The notes beneath the pieces were generated by a model. That model had not been told where the DNA came from. It made no database searches and saw only the letters and a program-made list of their open reading frames with translations. Below, one piece after another: positions 9,099 to 17,159 of a DNA stretch of 64,000 bases; the first letter of the stretch is position 1, and every line of letters begins with the position of its first letter. The stretch is from Thermostichales cyanobacterium HHBFW_bins_127 (GTDB lineage: Bacteria; Cyanobacteriota; Cyanobacteriia; Thermostichales; Thermostichaceae). A program made the translations under genes and the position numbers. Where the stretch lies: positions 20,710-84,709 of the forward strand of contig JAUQVP010000001.1 of the NCBI GenBank assembly GCA_039794745.1. The letters run 5' to 3'.

Positions 9099-9421
9099 GG
9101 ACTTTGCCTTGCTCAAGCTCTAGGTAGACATGGTTTTTCGCTTATTTTAATTAATTATTCAAAGAGCCATAGTCATTTCGAGCCTGTTTAAGACTTTTGC
9201 TTCAGCCCAAACACCCCATAACAAAAGGCCTCCTACTTATGCAAGAGGGTTATAAAGCTTACTAGTTCCACAATTCATAATTGTGATAGCTTCTTGAAGG
9301 ATACATTTTCTGAATCCCCGGGGGTGAGGGATCTGTTTCAGTGTCAATTGAAATGACTATCTATATATCTTCAATAGCTATAGTTGAGAATGCTGTGAAA
9401 ACCCAACACTCTATCTCAAAA

Positions 9422-9757
9422 TTAAGCTTGCTCATCAGTTGCTTTTTTAGGGAGAAGATGGGCAAGTTGTTCTTCCAATTGGACAATTCGCTGCTGCAGT
9501 TGCCGATTGGCCTCCAGCAATTCCTGCGTCCGACTATTCAAATAGGGATCGGATTCCCACCAATTGATCCCGATCTCTTTAGCCTTGTCCACCGAGGCAA
9601 TCAACAGCCGAATCCGTACATTTAACAACTCCACATTCCCCACCGAAACCGTAATATCCCCCGCAATCACAATCCCCTTCTCCAGTACCCGCTCCAACAC
9701 ATCCGCCAGCGTCGAACCAGCAGCAGCAGTACGCATCGGCTGAGAAGAAATAGACAC
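9422..9757 (-). CDS. gvpJ: gas vesicle protein GvpJ (GvpA/J/M family, with C-terminal extension)
   Basis: 111 aa. Core LADVLERVLEKGIVIAGDITVSVGNVELLNVRIRLLIASVDKAKEIGINWW matches the GvpA/J fold (LxxxLDRILDKGxVI..V.VS..GIELL..E.R..IASVxT). The C-terminal coiled-coil tail is typical of GvpJ. Position is directly downstream of gvpN. Confidence 0.65.
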   Translation of the reverse strand: MSISSQPMRTAAAGSTLADVLERVLEKGIVIAGDITVSVGNVELLNVRIRLLIASVDKAKEIGINWWESDPYLNSRTQELLEANRQLQQRIVQLEEQLAHLLPKKATDEQA

Positions 9758-9767
9758 GGGATCCCCC

Positions 9768-10646
9768 TTACGGCAGTTGGTCGATCAATTGATTGAGCAC
9801 ACTAAGTGCCAGATCAGGATTGCCGGCCCGGGCCACCAAAACGTCCGCACACAAGAGCCGAAAATCAGCATCTTGCTTATCCACCCGCAACTCATGGTCT
9901 TTGACAATGCGGGCAATCATCAAACAACTGCGCAGACTAGGGGTCTTGGTCAGGTCCATTTTGCGCCGATAGGCCCGGACTAAGTGGACAATTTTTAAGG
10001 TATCGGAAAGGGATAGCCCCACCCGCCCAAGCAGAATCTGTTTTTCAGTTTCTAGATCTGGCTCGCCTACATCAATGGTGATCATCCGATCCAAAAGGGC
10101 ATCCTGGGTTTTGTGTACGCCAGAGTATTCGTCGGGATTGGAGGTAAAAATTGCCCGAAACTGAGGATGCACCCGCAAATACTCGGAACGATTACTATCC
10201 GGTGGCATCACCAAAAGTTTCTCTTCCAAAGCACTCAAAAGGGCATTGTTGGCTTCTGGCCGGGAACGATTAAACTCGTCATAAATTAACGTAAACCCTT
10301 CCCGGCAGGCTAAAGTTAAGCGAGCATCCACCCACCGTTGCTGCACATCTTCTTCGGTCTTGACCACCGAGTGAATAAAATTATCCACCACCCGCCGATG
10401 GGTAAACCCCCGTTGGCCACCGATTAAGTCGGAAGAATCATACTGGTCATCCCCATAGATAAGGGTAATCGGTCGCCCCAATAAAGTCCCTAAATGCATC
10501 GCCAAGGTGGTTTTGCCAGTGCCCGCTGCCCCCCGCAAATGCACCGCAAACCCAGACTGCAAATAGCGCAAAGCCCGCCGAGCAATCCGCTCAGTGTGGG
10601 GGGTATTGACAAACTGACGCGGGCGCGCCTGCAAAACCGTTGTCAT
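9768..10646 (-). CDS. gvpN: gas vesicle protein GvpN (AAA+ ATPase, CbbQ/NirQ/GvpN family)
   Basis: Walker A HLRGAAGTGKTT, GvpN-type N-terminus PRQFVNTPHTERIARRALRYLQSG and Walker B LIYDEFNRS. Start chosen at internal Met 10646 (MTTVLQARP...); the ORF is open to 10709. Confidence 0.8.
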   Translation of the reverse strand: MTTVLQARPRQFVNTPHTERIARRALRYLQSGFAVHLRGAAGTGKTTLAMHLGTLLGRPITLIYGDDQYDSSDLIGGQRGFTHRRVVDNFIHSVVKTEEDVQQRWVDARLTLACREGFTLIYDEFNRSRPEANNALLSALEEKLLVMPPDSNRSEYLRVHPQFRAIFTSNPDEYSGVHKTQDALLDRMITIDVGEPDLETEKQILLGRVGLSLSDTLKIVHLVRAYRRKMDLTKTPSLRSCLMIARIVKDHELRVDKQDADFRLLCADVLVARAGNPDLALSVLNQLIDQLP

Positions 10647-10721
10647 AACAACAATCCTTCGGGAGGGATCTATTCTGACTAAAGCACAAAACCCTGAGTT
10701 CGACCCCAATCTCCGGATTTT

Positions 10722-12086
10722 TTACACCGGCAACGGTGACATTGCCACCATCCGCCGCAAAACATTCAAAATCTCCGAGGGATCCACCTTCATTTCCACA
10801 GCGCCACGGGTAAGCAAATCCCGCACCCGCTCCCGATCCCCAACCACCCTCAGCAAAGTTGCCCCAGGATAAATCTGCTGCTGCTCCTCGATGTAGCGCG
10901 TGACAAACTCCACAATCCGACCCGTCGGATCCACGTCCGGCATCACCACCACAGGCTCTGTCGGGATGCCAACGGCTCCTTCAGGTGGAGGGGTAGGCTC
11001 TGGCTCAGGGGCTACATCCTCAAGTTCTGGCTCCAGTTCGGGAGCAGGAGGGGTGGGTGCCGGCTGTGTCAAGGGTGGAACAAGCCCTATCTCATCGGCT
11101 GTTGCTTCTGCTACAACGGGTTCAACAAGCGTCACTTGCGGGGGTAGCTCCTCTGCTTCCTCCTCTGCAACCGGATCTACCGATGCTTCTGGGGCAGTCT
11201 CCATAGGCTCCATGGAACTGGCAGTGCCATTCCAGGCCTGATCTGAGGCTTGAGCAACCGCTGTACTGACGAGGCTGGTCAGGTCGGTGACGCCCCAAAC
11301 AGCCAGACGAACCTGATCGTGGAATGCCTGCAAAGCAGACCGCAGAGCTTGGGTTTCTGCCTGCCGCTGGGATGCCCGCTGACTCAAGAAGGCCTGGGTT
11401 GCTTGTCGTAACTGCTCGTGGAAAGCTTGCAGGTGCTTCTGCAATTCGGCAGTTTCCGTCTGCCGTTGCCGAGCTAGATCTGTCAACATTTGGGCAGTTT
11501 GGGCCTCGAGATCAAGATGGAATTGGCTTAAAGCTGCCCCCTGCGCCTCAGCAAGGGCCTGGCGGGCAGCAGTCAAGCTGCTCATCAGCTCACCCACCTG
11601 CTGCTGCAATCCCTGGTGGAAAACACCCAAGGTGTAGCGCTGCTGCTGGTGGCTGGCCTGTCGCTGCCGCTGCGCCTCAAGTAAAAATGCTTGGGTGTCT
11701 CGCTTCAAACCTGTCAAAAACATGCCTAGGGAATGTTGCTGCAAAACCGCATTGGCTTGCCGTTGGGCCTGGGCGGTGGTCAAAAACGCCCTCACCTCCT
11801 CAGCCAAAGCCTGCTGAGCTTGCTGCCGCGCCTGCTGGGCCATGGCCTGCTGCTGCAACCGCTGCTGCTGCTGCTCCCACAGCCGCTGCTGGGCTAAAGC
11901 CTGCCGCTGCTGCATCGCTAAACAACGCTGCTGCTGCTCCCGCAGCCGCTGCTGCCGTTCCCCTTGAGCCTGAGCCAACCGATCCCGCTGCTGCTGTAAC
12001 CGCTGCTGCCGCGCCGCTGTCAAAGTCATACCCATCCGCTGCTGGCGGGCCTGCCGTGCCGCTGCCCACTCCCTAGCCAAGCTCAT
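10722..12086 (-). CDS. gvpC: GvpC-like gas-vesicle outer-surface protein: Gln/Arg-rich repeat region, acidic Pro/Glu linker and an unassigned C-terminal globular domain
   Basis: 454 aa located between gvpA and gvpN, the canonical gvpC position. Internal degenerate ~33-residue repeats (EEVRAFLTTAQAQRQANAVLQQ / DTQAFLLEAQRQRQASHQQQ / ATQAFLSQRASQRQAETQALRSALQAFHDQ) resemble the cyanobacterial GvpC repeat (FLSATAQARxAQAEKQAQELLAFHQE), recalled from memory. The C-terminal ~100 aa (PTGRIVEFVTRYIEEQQQIYPGATLLRVVGDRERVRDLLTRGAVEMKVDPSEILNVLRRMV) is not GvpC-like. Confidence 0.5.
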   Translation of the reverse strand: MSLAREWAAARQARQQRMGMTLTAARQQRLQQQRDRLAQAQGERQQRLREQQQRCLAMQQRQALAQQRLWEQQQQRLQQQAMAQQARQQAQQALAEEVRAFLTTAQAQRQANAVLQQHSLGMFLTGLKRDTQAFLLEAQRQRQASHQQQRYTLGVFHQGLQQQVGELMSSLTAARQALAEAQGAALSQFHLDLEAQTAQMLTDLARQRQTETAELQKHLQAFHEQLRQATQAFLSQRASQRQAETQALRSALQAFHDQVRLAVWGVTDLTSLVSTAVAQASDQAWNGTASSMEPMETAPEASVDPVAEEEAEELPPQVTLVEPVVAEATADEIGLVPPLTQPAPTPPAPELEPELEDVAPEPEPTPPPEGAVGIPTEPVVVMPDVDPTGRIVEFVTRYIEEQQQIYPGATLLRVVGDRERVRDLLTRGAVEMKVDPSEILNVLRRMVAMSPLPV

Positions 12087-12235
12087 AATCCCTCCAACCC
12101 CACCGGGGCTATACCCTGGACACCCTAGCCGTCAGCACCCCAACAATAAATCCTCGTAGTTCCGGGATCCCAGGGATTTCGCACTCACCACCCTACCCAT
12201 CATAGCTGTTTCCCAAGCTGACGATAGGTGCACAA

Positions 12236-12259
12236 GGGGGGGACGCAGGGATCCCCCCC
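12236..12259 (-). terminator. GC hairpin (G7/C7 stem around GGGATCCC-containing loop) 13 nt downstream of gvpA stop; possible partial terminator/attenuator between gvpA and gvpC
   Basis: ggggggg-acgcagggat-ccccccc read directly. There is no clear U-tract on the minus strand, so this is a weak or partial terminator at best. Confidence 0.3.
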
Positions 12260-12271
12260 AAGACGGTCAAA

Positions 12272-12490
12272 TTAGGCAGCCGGAGCAGCAGCGGTGGTGG
12301 TCAAGCCCACGGCTTCCGCATACTTGAGGTAGGTTTCCACCGAAGCCACAACCACCCGGGCCTCAATGGCCAACAGTTCGATCCCCACCAAGGACACCCG
12401 TACCCAGGCATCCACCACAATTCCCTTGTCCAAAATCCGGTCAATCACTTCCGCCAAGCTGGAAGACGAGTTCACCTTTTCAACGGCCAT
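12272..12490 (-). CDS. gvpA: gas vesicle structural protein GvpA
   Basis: 72 aa: [64 protein letters not shown]. This is a near-textbook GvpA sequence. Confidence 0.92.
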   Translation of the reverse strand: MAVEKVNSSSSLAEVIDRILDKGIVVDAWVRVSLVGIELLAIEARVVVASVETYLKYAEAVGLTTTAAAPAA

Positions 12491-12972
12491 GATCCAAACT
12501 CCTTCGTCACGTGATAACTTGAGTCACCGAGGGGAAAGCCTTGAGTTGAGTTAACCCTGTCTATTAGTGTGTGGCACTTTGGTATCTTGATTCACCCGCA
12601 GCTTCCCTGAAATTCCGGATCAATTTCATCTAGGATACGGGAAATACTGATACATGATGCCGACCTTTTTTCACTTAAGGACAGGTAAAAACTCCACTGT
12701 GCTTACTGGCTTGCCTCTACTATCCTAGTGCAACCGAATCAAAGCCGGCCCGGGGGATTGTCAGTTTGTTAGGAATTGTTCACAGTTCCCAGTCAAACTT
12801 TGTTCTACCCTGGTGATTCCCACCCCCAGCCCTACTTGCTAATCCCAATAAGGAGCCTAAGTATAAATACGGATAAAGAAGAATTGGGCTTGGGAATGCT
12901 GAGGGCAAAGAATTGTTAACGGGATCCCAAAGGAAACCGCTAGGATTGGAATGATTCGTTGCCGATTGTGTT

Positions 12973-14784
12973 ATGACCGACGTGCCTGTTTCCCGTTTGC
13001 GTAATTTTTGCATCATTGCCCACATTGATCACGGCAAGTCCACGTTGGCGGATCGCTTGCTCCAGGATACGGGCACGGTGTCTTCCCGGGAGATGAAGCC
13101 GCAGTTCCTGGACAATATGGAACTGGAGCGGGAACGGGGGATCACGATCAAGTTGCAGGCCGCCCGCATGAACTATAAAGCTCAGGATGGCAAGGACTAT
13201 GTGCTGAATCTGATCGATACCCCCGGGCATGTGGACTTTACCTATGAGGTGTCCCGGTCCCTGGCAGCCTGTGAGGGGGCGCTGCTGGTGGTGGATGCCT
13301 CCCAAGGGGTGGAAGCCCAAACCCTAGCCAATGTCTATCTGGCCCTGGAACACAATCTGGAAATTATCCCGGTAATTAATAAAATCGACCTGCCAGGTGC
13401 CGATCCCGACCGGGTGATCCAAGAAATCGAACAGGTGATCGGCTTAGATTGCAGCGGCGCTATCCTAGCCTCAGCCAAGATGGGCATCGGCATCCCGGAG
13501 ATTTTGGAAGCGATTGTGCAGCGGATCCCACCGCCGCGGGATACGGTGCAGGAACCTTTGCGGGCATTGATTTTTGATAGCTACTACGACCCCTATCGGG
13601 GGGTGATTGTTTATGTGCGGGTGATGGATGGTAAGGTGCGCAAGGGGGACAAAATCCTGCTGATGGCGGCGGGGCGGGAGTTTGATATTGATGAAATCGG
13701 GGTGTTGAGGCCCAATCAGGTTCCCGTGGAGGAACTCCATGCGGGGGAAGTGGGCTACATCAGTGCGGCGATCAAAACGGTGGAGCACGCCCGGGTGGGG
13801 GACACGATTACTTTGGTGCATCAGAAGGCAGCGGAGCCGCTGCCGGGCTATGCGGAAGCCAAGCCGATGGTGTTTTGTGGGTTGTTTCCGACGGATTCAG
13901 ACCAGTTTCCGGATCTGCGGGAGGCGCTGGAAAAACTCAAGCTGAATGATGCTGCCCTCCATTTTGAACCGGAGGTGTCGAGTGCCATGGGGTTTGGCTT
14001 TCGCTGTGGCTTTTTGGGGCTGCTGCATATGGAGGTGGTGCAGGAACGCCTGGAGCGTGAGTACAACCTGGATCTGGTGATCACAGCCCCGTCGGTGGTG
14101 TTTCAGGTGACCCTCAATGATGGTTCGGTGATCCGGGTGGATAATCCCAGTGATCTGCCACCCCCCCATGAACGGCTGAAAATTGAAGAGCCAATCGTGA
14201 AGGTGGAAATTATTCTGCCGGAAAACTTCGTCGGCACGGTGATGGAACTGTGTGAAACTAAGCGGGGCATCTTTAAGGATATGCGCTACCTCACCCAAGG
14301 ACGCACAACCCTGGTCTATGAGCTGCCTCTGGCGGAAGTGGTAACCGACTTTTTTGATCAGTTGAAATCCCGCACCCGTGGCTATGCCAGCATGGACTAC
14401 CAGTTTTTGGGCTACCGGGAAGATAAGTTGGTGCGCCTCGATATCTTGATCAATGGGGATCCCGTGGATGCGTTGTCGGCGATTGTGCATGCGGATAAGG
14501 CCTTTCAGGTGGGGCGGGCTTTGGTGGCTAAGCTGCGGGAGTTGATCCCACGGCATCAGTTTGAGGTGCCGATTCAAGCGGCCATTGGCTCGAAAATTAT
14601 TGCCCGGGAAACAATCCCAGCCTTGCGGAAAAATGTTTTGGCTAAGTGCTATGGGGGGGATGTCACCCGCAAGCGCAAGCTGTTGGAGAAGCAAAAGGAA
14701 GGGAAAAAACGCATGAAGGCTGTGGGGACGGTGGATGTACCTCAGGAGGCTTTCATGGCGGTGCTGCGCTTAAAAAATGAGTAA
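12973..14784 (+). CDS. lepA: elongation factor 4 (ribosomal back-translocase LepA)
   Basis: 603 aa. N-terminus [22 protein letters not shown] (G1), DTPGHVDF (G3), NKIDL (G4) and the LepA-specific C-terminal domain with [11 protein letters not shown] tail. Confidence 0.9.
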   Translation: MTDVPVSRLRNFCIIAHIDHGKSTLADRLLQDTGTVSSREMKPQFLDNMELERERGITIKLQAARMNYKAQDGKDYVLNLIDTPGHVDFTYEVSRSLAACEGALLVVDASQGVEAQTLANVYLALEHNLEIIPVINKIDLPGADPDRVIQEIEQVIGLDCSGAILASAKMGIGIPEILEAIVQRIPPPRDTVQEPLRALIFDSYYDPYRGVIVYVRVMDGKVRKGDKILLMAAGREFDIDEIGVLRPNQVPVEELHAGEVGYISAAIKTVEHARVGDTITLVHQKAAEPLPGYAEAKPMVFCGLFPTDSDQFPDLREALEKLKLNDAALHFEPEVSSAMGFGFRCGFLGLLHMEVVQERLEREYNLDLVITAPSVVFQVTLNDGSVIRVDNPSDLPPPHERLKIEEPIVKVEIILPENFVGTVMELCETKRGIFKDMRYLTQGRTTLVYELPLAEVVTDFFDQLKSRTRGYASMDYQFLGYREDKLVRLDILINGDPVDALSAIVHADKAFQVGRALVAKLRELIPRHQFEVPIQAAIGSKIIARETIPALRKNVLAKCYGGDVTRKRKLLEKQKEGKKRMKAVGTVDVPQEAFMAVLRLKNE

Positions 14785-14823
14785 TCAGGGCCATAGGGAT
14801 CCCTGGTGCGGGGGTGATTCTTT

Positions 14824-14860
14824 GGTCATTGCCATGGAGACTGAAACGGCTCCCTCTCCC
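14824..14860 (+). repeat. copy 1 of a ~37-nt dispersed element GGTCATTGCCATGGAGACTGAAACGGCTCCCTCTCCC (second copy at 52917-52954)
   Basis: About 31/37 identity between the two copies. Both lie in the 3' spacers of plus-strand genes (lepA, gshB). Both contain ATG GAG ACT GAA in frame with a short ORF (MET-E..PS..). Confidence 0.5.
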
Positions 14861-15276
14861 AAGATATGAACGCTCCTGCATCTCCCGAGGGATCCCTAGT
14901 TTAAGCCTAGGCCTGGCGTGAATCGCTTGCATCTTTATTGTTGAGGGGAGTGCTGCTGGCCTATGCCAAGGGTTCGACCAAGGGCTTGCAGCTTTTGATA
15001 GGGAGGTTCTGATTCTCCCCGTAGGAGGCAAGCCATTCCATTCTTACGGTAGGGGCTTAGTGATCGGCGGAGCAGCGAGTTAAGGTACTTTGCCCCTAGC
15101 TCCCGACACCGAGAAGAGGACTGAACGACTCCCGACTCCCATCTTCGTTGAGTAAGAACCGGTCTACACGGTTCATCCACAGGGCGCGGCGGGCTGCCAC
15201 CATGCCGGCGGCGACAATCAGGGAAACTCTCCCGAGAACCGCTCCCATCCCGACACGGATTTGCTAATACATCAAG

Positions 15277-16857
15277 CTAAAGATTGACCACAAAGGCATC
15301 CCGGATCCCCGGCACTTGCAGGATCTGCTCGATCACTCCATCTGGCAAGGGATCGTCCAAGCTAAGCACCATGACCGCATCACCGCGGATAATTTTGCGC
15401 CCCACCTGCATACTGGCAATGTTGACGTTGTAGGCGCCAAGCAGGGTGCCAATCTGGCCGATCAAACCCGGGACATCCCGGTGCAAAGTCATGAGCATAT
15501 TGGCGGAAGGGGGGACATTAATGGGATAGCCGTCGATTTCAATCACCCGCACTTCCTTGCCACCAATCAGAGCCCCGGCCACCGAACGGGCACCATTGGG
15601 CCCATGGGCAATCAATTCAATGGAACTGCTGTAATCCTTGAGGGAGGGATCCCGAGTTTCCACAACGCGAATGCCCCGTTCTTTAGCTTCGAGCAGGGCA
15701 TTGACATAGTTGACCCGCTCCCGCAAAGCCAAGGTCAGCAACCCCTTAAGGCTGGCGACAATGATTGGCTGCCCATTTTTTTCCGCCAAGTCGCCTTGGA
15801 GACGGATTTCAAACTGACTGACCCGATCCCCCGCCAACTGCCCCACCAGATTCCCCAGGGTTTCTGCCAAATCCAGGTAGGGCTTGAGTTCCTGCAGCAC
15901 CTCCGGCTTCAGACCGGGGATATTCACCGCCGAGCGAGCCGGTAACCCCAACAGGACATCGCGAATTTGCTCCGCCACATCCACAGCCACATTGATCTGG
16001 GCTTCTTCGGTGGAAGCCCCCAGGTGGGGGGTGAGGGTGACTTCCTTGCCCAAGGTCAGCAGCGGTGAGTCCCCCAAGGGTTCTTGGGCAAAGACATCCA
16101 AAGCTGCCCCCGCCACCTGCCCGGAACGGATCCCCTCATAGAGGGCCTGCTCGTCGATCAAGCCCCCCCGGGCACAGTTGATGATTCGCACCCCCTTTTT
16201 CATCAGGGCAATGGTTTGGGCGTTGATCATGTTGGTGGTTTCTGGGGTTTTGGGCACATGCAGAGTAATGTAGTCAGATAGCTTAAAGAGGGTCTCCAAC
16301 TCCACCAAGCGGGCTCCCACCTGCTCCGCCCGCTCCGCCGATAAGTAGGGGTCGTAGGCGAGAATCTTCATGCCCATGGCCCGGGCAATGTGGGCCACAT
16401 GACAGCCAATTCGCCCCAACCCGACAATCCCCAAGGTTTTGTTGTAGACCTCCACCCCCACATACTGCTGCCGCTCCCATAGGCCTGCCTTGAGACTGGC
16501 GTGGGCCGCCGCCACATAGCGGGACATACTCATCATCAAAGCCACCGTATGCTCCGCCGCCGCAATCGTATTCCCTTCCGGGGAATTGACCACAATGATC
16601 CCCGCCCGGGTGGCCGCCGGAATGTCCACATTGTCCACCCCCACCCCGGCCCGCCCAATCACCTTCAACCGGGATCCCGCGGCAATCACCTCTGCCGTGA
16701 CCCGGGTGCCGGAGCGGATCATAATGGCATCGTAGTCGCCGATGACCTTCAGCAACTCCTCCGGGGAGAGCTTCAGGCGCACATCCACATGGGCCACCTG
16801 AGACAAAATGTCAATCCCCACCTGGTCAATGGGGTCGGTCACAATCACTTTGGGCAT
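15277..16857 (-). CDS. serA: D-3-phosphoglycerate dehydrogenase (with C-terminal ASB/ACT regulatory domains)
   Basis: About 526 aa from MPKVIVTD. NAD-binding motif GIVGLGRIGCHVA, catalytic His/Arg region of the D-isomer 2-hydroxyacid dehydrogenases and a C-terminal ACT domain (VLSLDDPLPDGVIEQILQVPGIRDAFVV). The ORF is open 8 codons further upstream to 16881. Confidence 0.85.
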   Translation of the reverse strand: MPKVIVTDPIDQVGIDILSQVAHVDVRLKLSPEELLKVIGDYDAIMIRSGTRVTAEVIAAGSRLKVIGRAGVGVDNVDIPAATRAGIIVVNSPEGNTIAAAEHTVALMMSMSRYVAAAHASLKAGLWERQQYVGVEVYNKTLGIVGLGRIGCHVAHIARAMGMKILAYDPYLSAERAEQVGARLVELETLFKLSDYITLHVPKTPETTNMINAQTIALMKKGVRIINCARGGLIDEQALYEGIRSGQVAGAALDVFAQEPLGDSPLLTLGKEVTLTPHLGASTEEAQINVAVDVAEQIRDVLLGLPARSAVNIPGLKPEVLQELKPYLDLAETLGNLVGQLAGDRVSQFEIRLQGDLAEKNGQPIIVASLKGLLTLALRERVNYVNALLEAKERGIRVVETRDPSLKDYSSSIELIAHGPNGARSVAGALIGGKEVRVIEIDGYPINVPPSANMLMTLHRDVPGLIGQIGTLLGAYNVNIASMQVGRKIIRGDAVMVLSLDDPLPDGVIEQILQVPGIRDAFVVNL

Positions 16858-16935
16858 AGGGCGGCAGCAGACACTGCCCATGATTCTAGAATGATTCCGC
16901 TGCCTTGGCAGAACCCCCCTGCCCCCAGAGCACTG

Positions 16936-16972
16936 TTACAAAATGTAAAGAAAATCGGGCAAAAATCTTTAC
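16936..16972. promoter_or_regulatory. two overlapping inverted repeats (TTACA-N3-TGTAA and GTAAAGA-N14-TCTTTAC) in the divergent serA/sigma-factor spacer
   Basis: Read directly: ttacaaaatgtaaagaaaatcgggcaaaaatctttac. GTAAAGA recurs at 17006. It lies about 60-100 bp upstream of serA (minus) and about 190 bp upstream of the sigma-factor gene (plus). Confidence 0.3.
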
Positions 16973-17159
16973 CCAAACCATTGCTGTTTGGCGGCAGACG
17001 GGCTAGCTTTGTAAAGATGTTTTGTGTGAAAGGCTACATTTGCTCGGGCTCGATCAGGTCGCCATCAGCCACGGATCGGCGAAGGGGCAGTAGTCATTCA
17101 CCGGCATCCTGTTTGCATCGCTCTGTTATTGACAAACGTAGGCTGATGAGGAACCCTGC

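Noticed and set aside
9341-9625. 94-aa plus-strand ORF overlapping gvpJ on the opposite strand
   Set aside because: gvpJ carries a recognisable GvpA/J-family core. The plus-strand ORF has no motif and starts inside the AT-rich spacer.
10900-12076. Plus-strand ORFs (113, 250 and 89 aa; Ala/Gly/Ser/Pro-rich) opposite the gvpC-like gene
   Set aside because: They arise from the CAG/CTG-rich repeat DNA of the gvpC-like gene and are antisense to a gene in the canonical gvp operon position. Their composition is not protein-like.
15180-15215. Segment ending ...GGGCTGCCACCA with a nearby GGTTCATCC, reminiscent of a tRNA or tmRNA 3' end
   Set aside because: A cloverleaf could not be built. The T-loop-like motif is at the wrong distance from the CCA and no acceptor-stem complement is found upstream.
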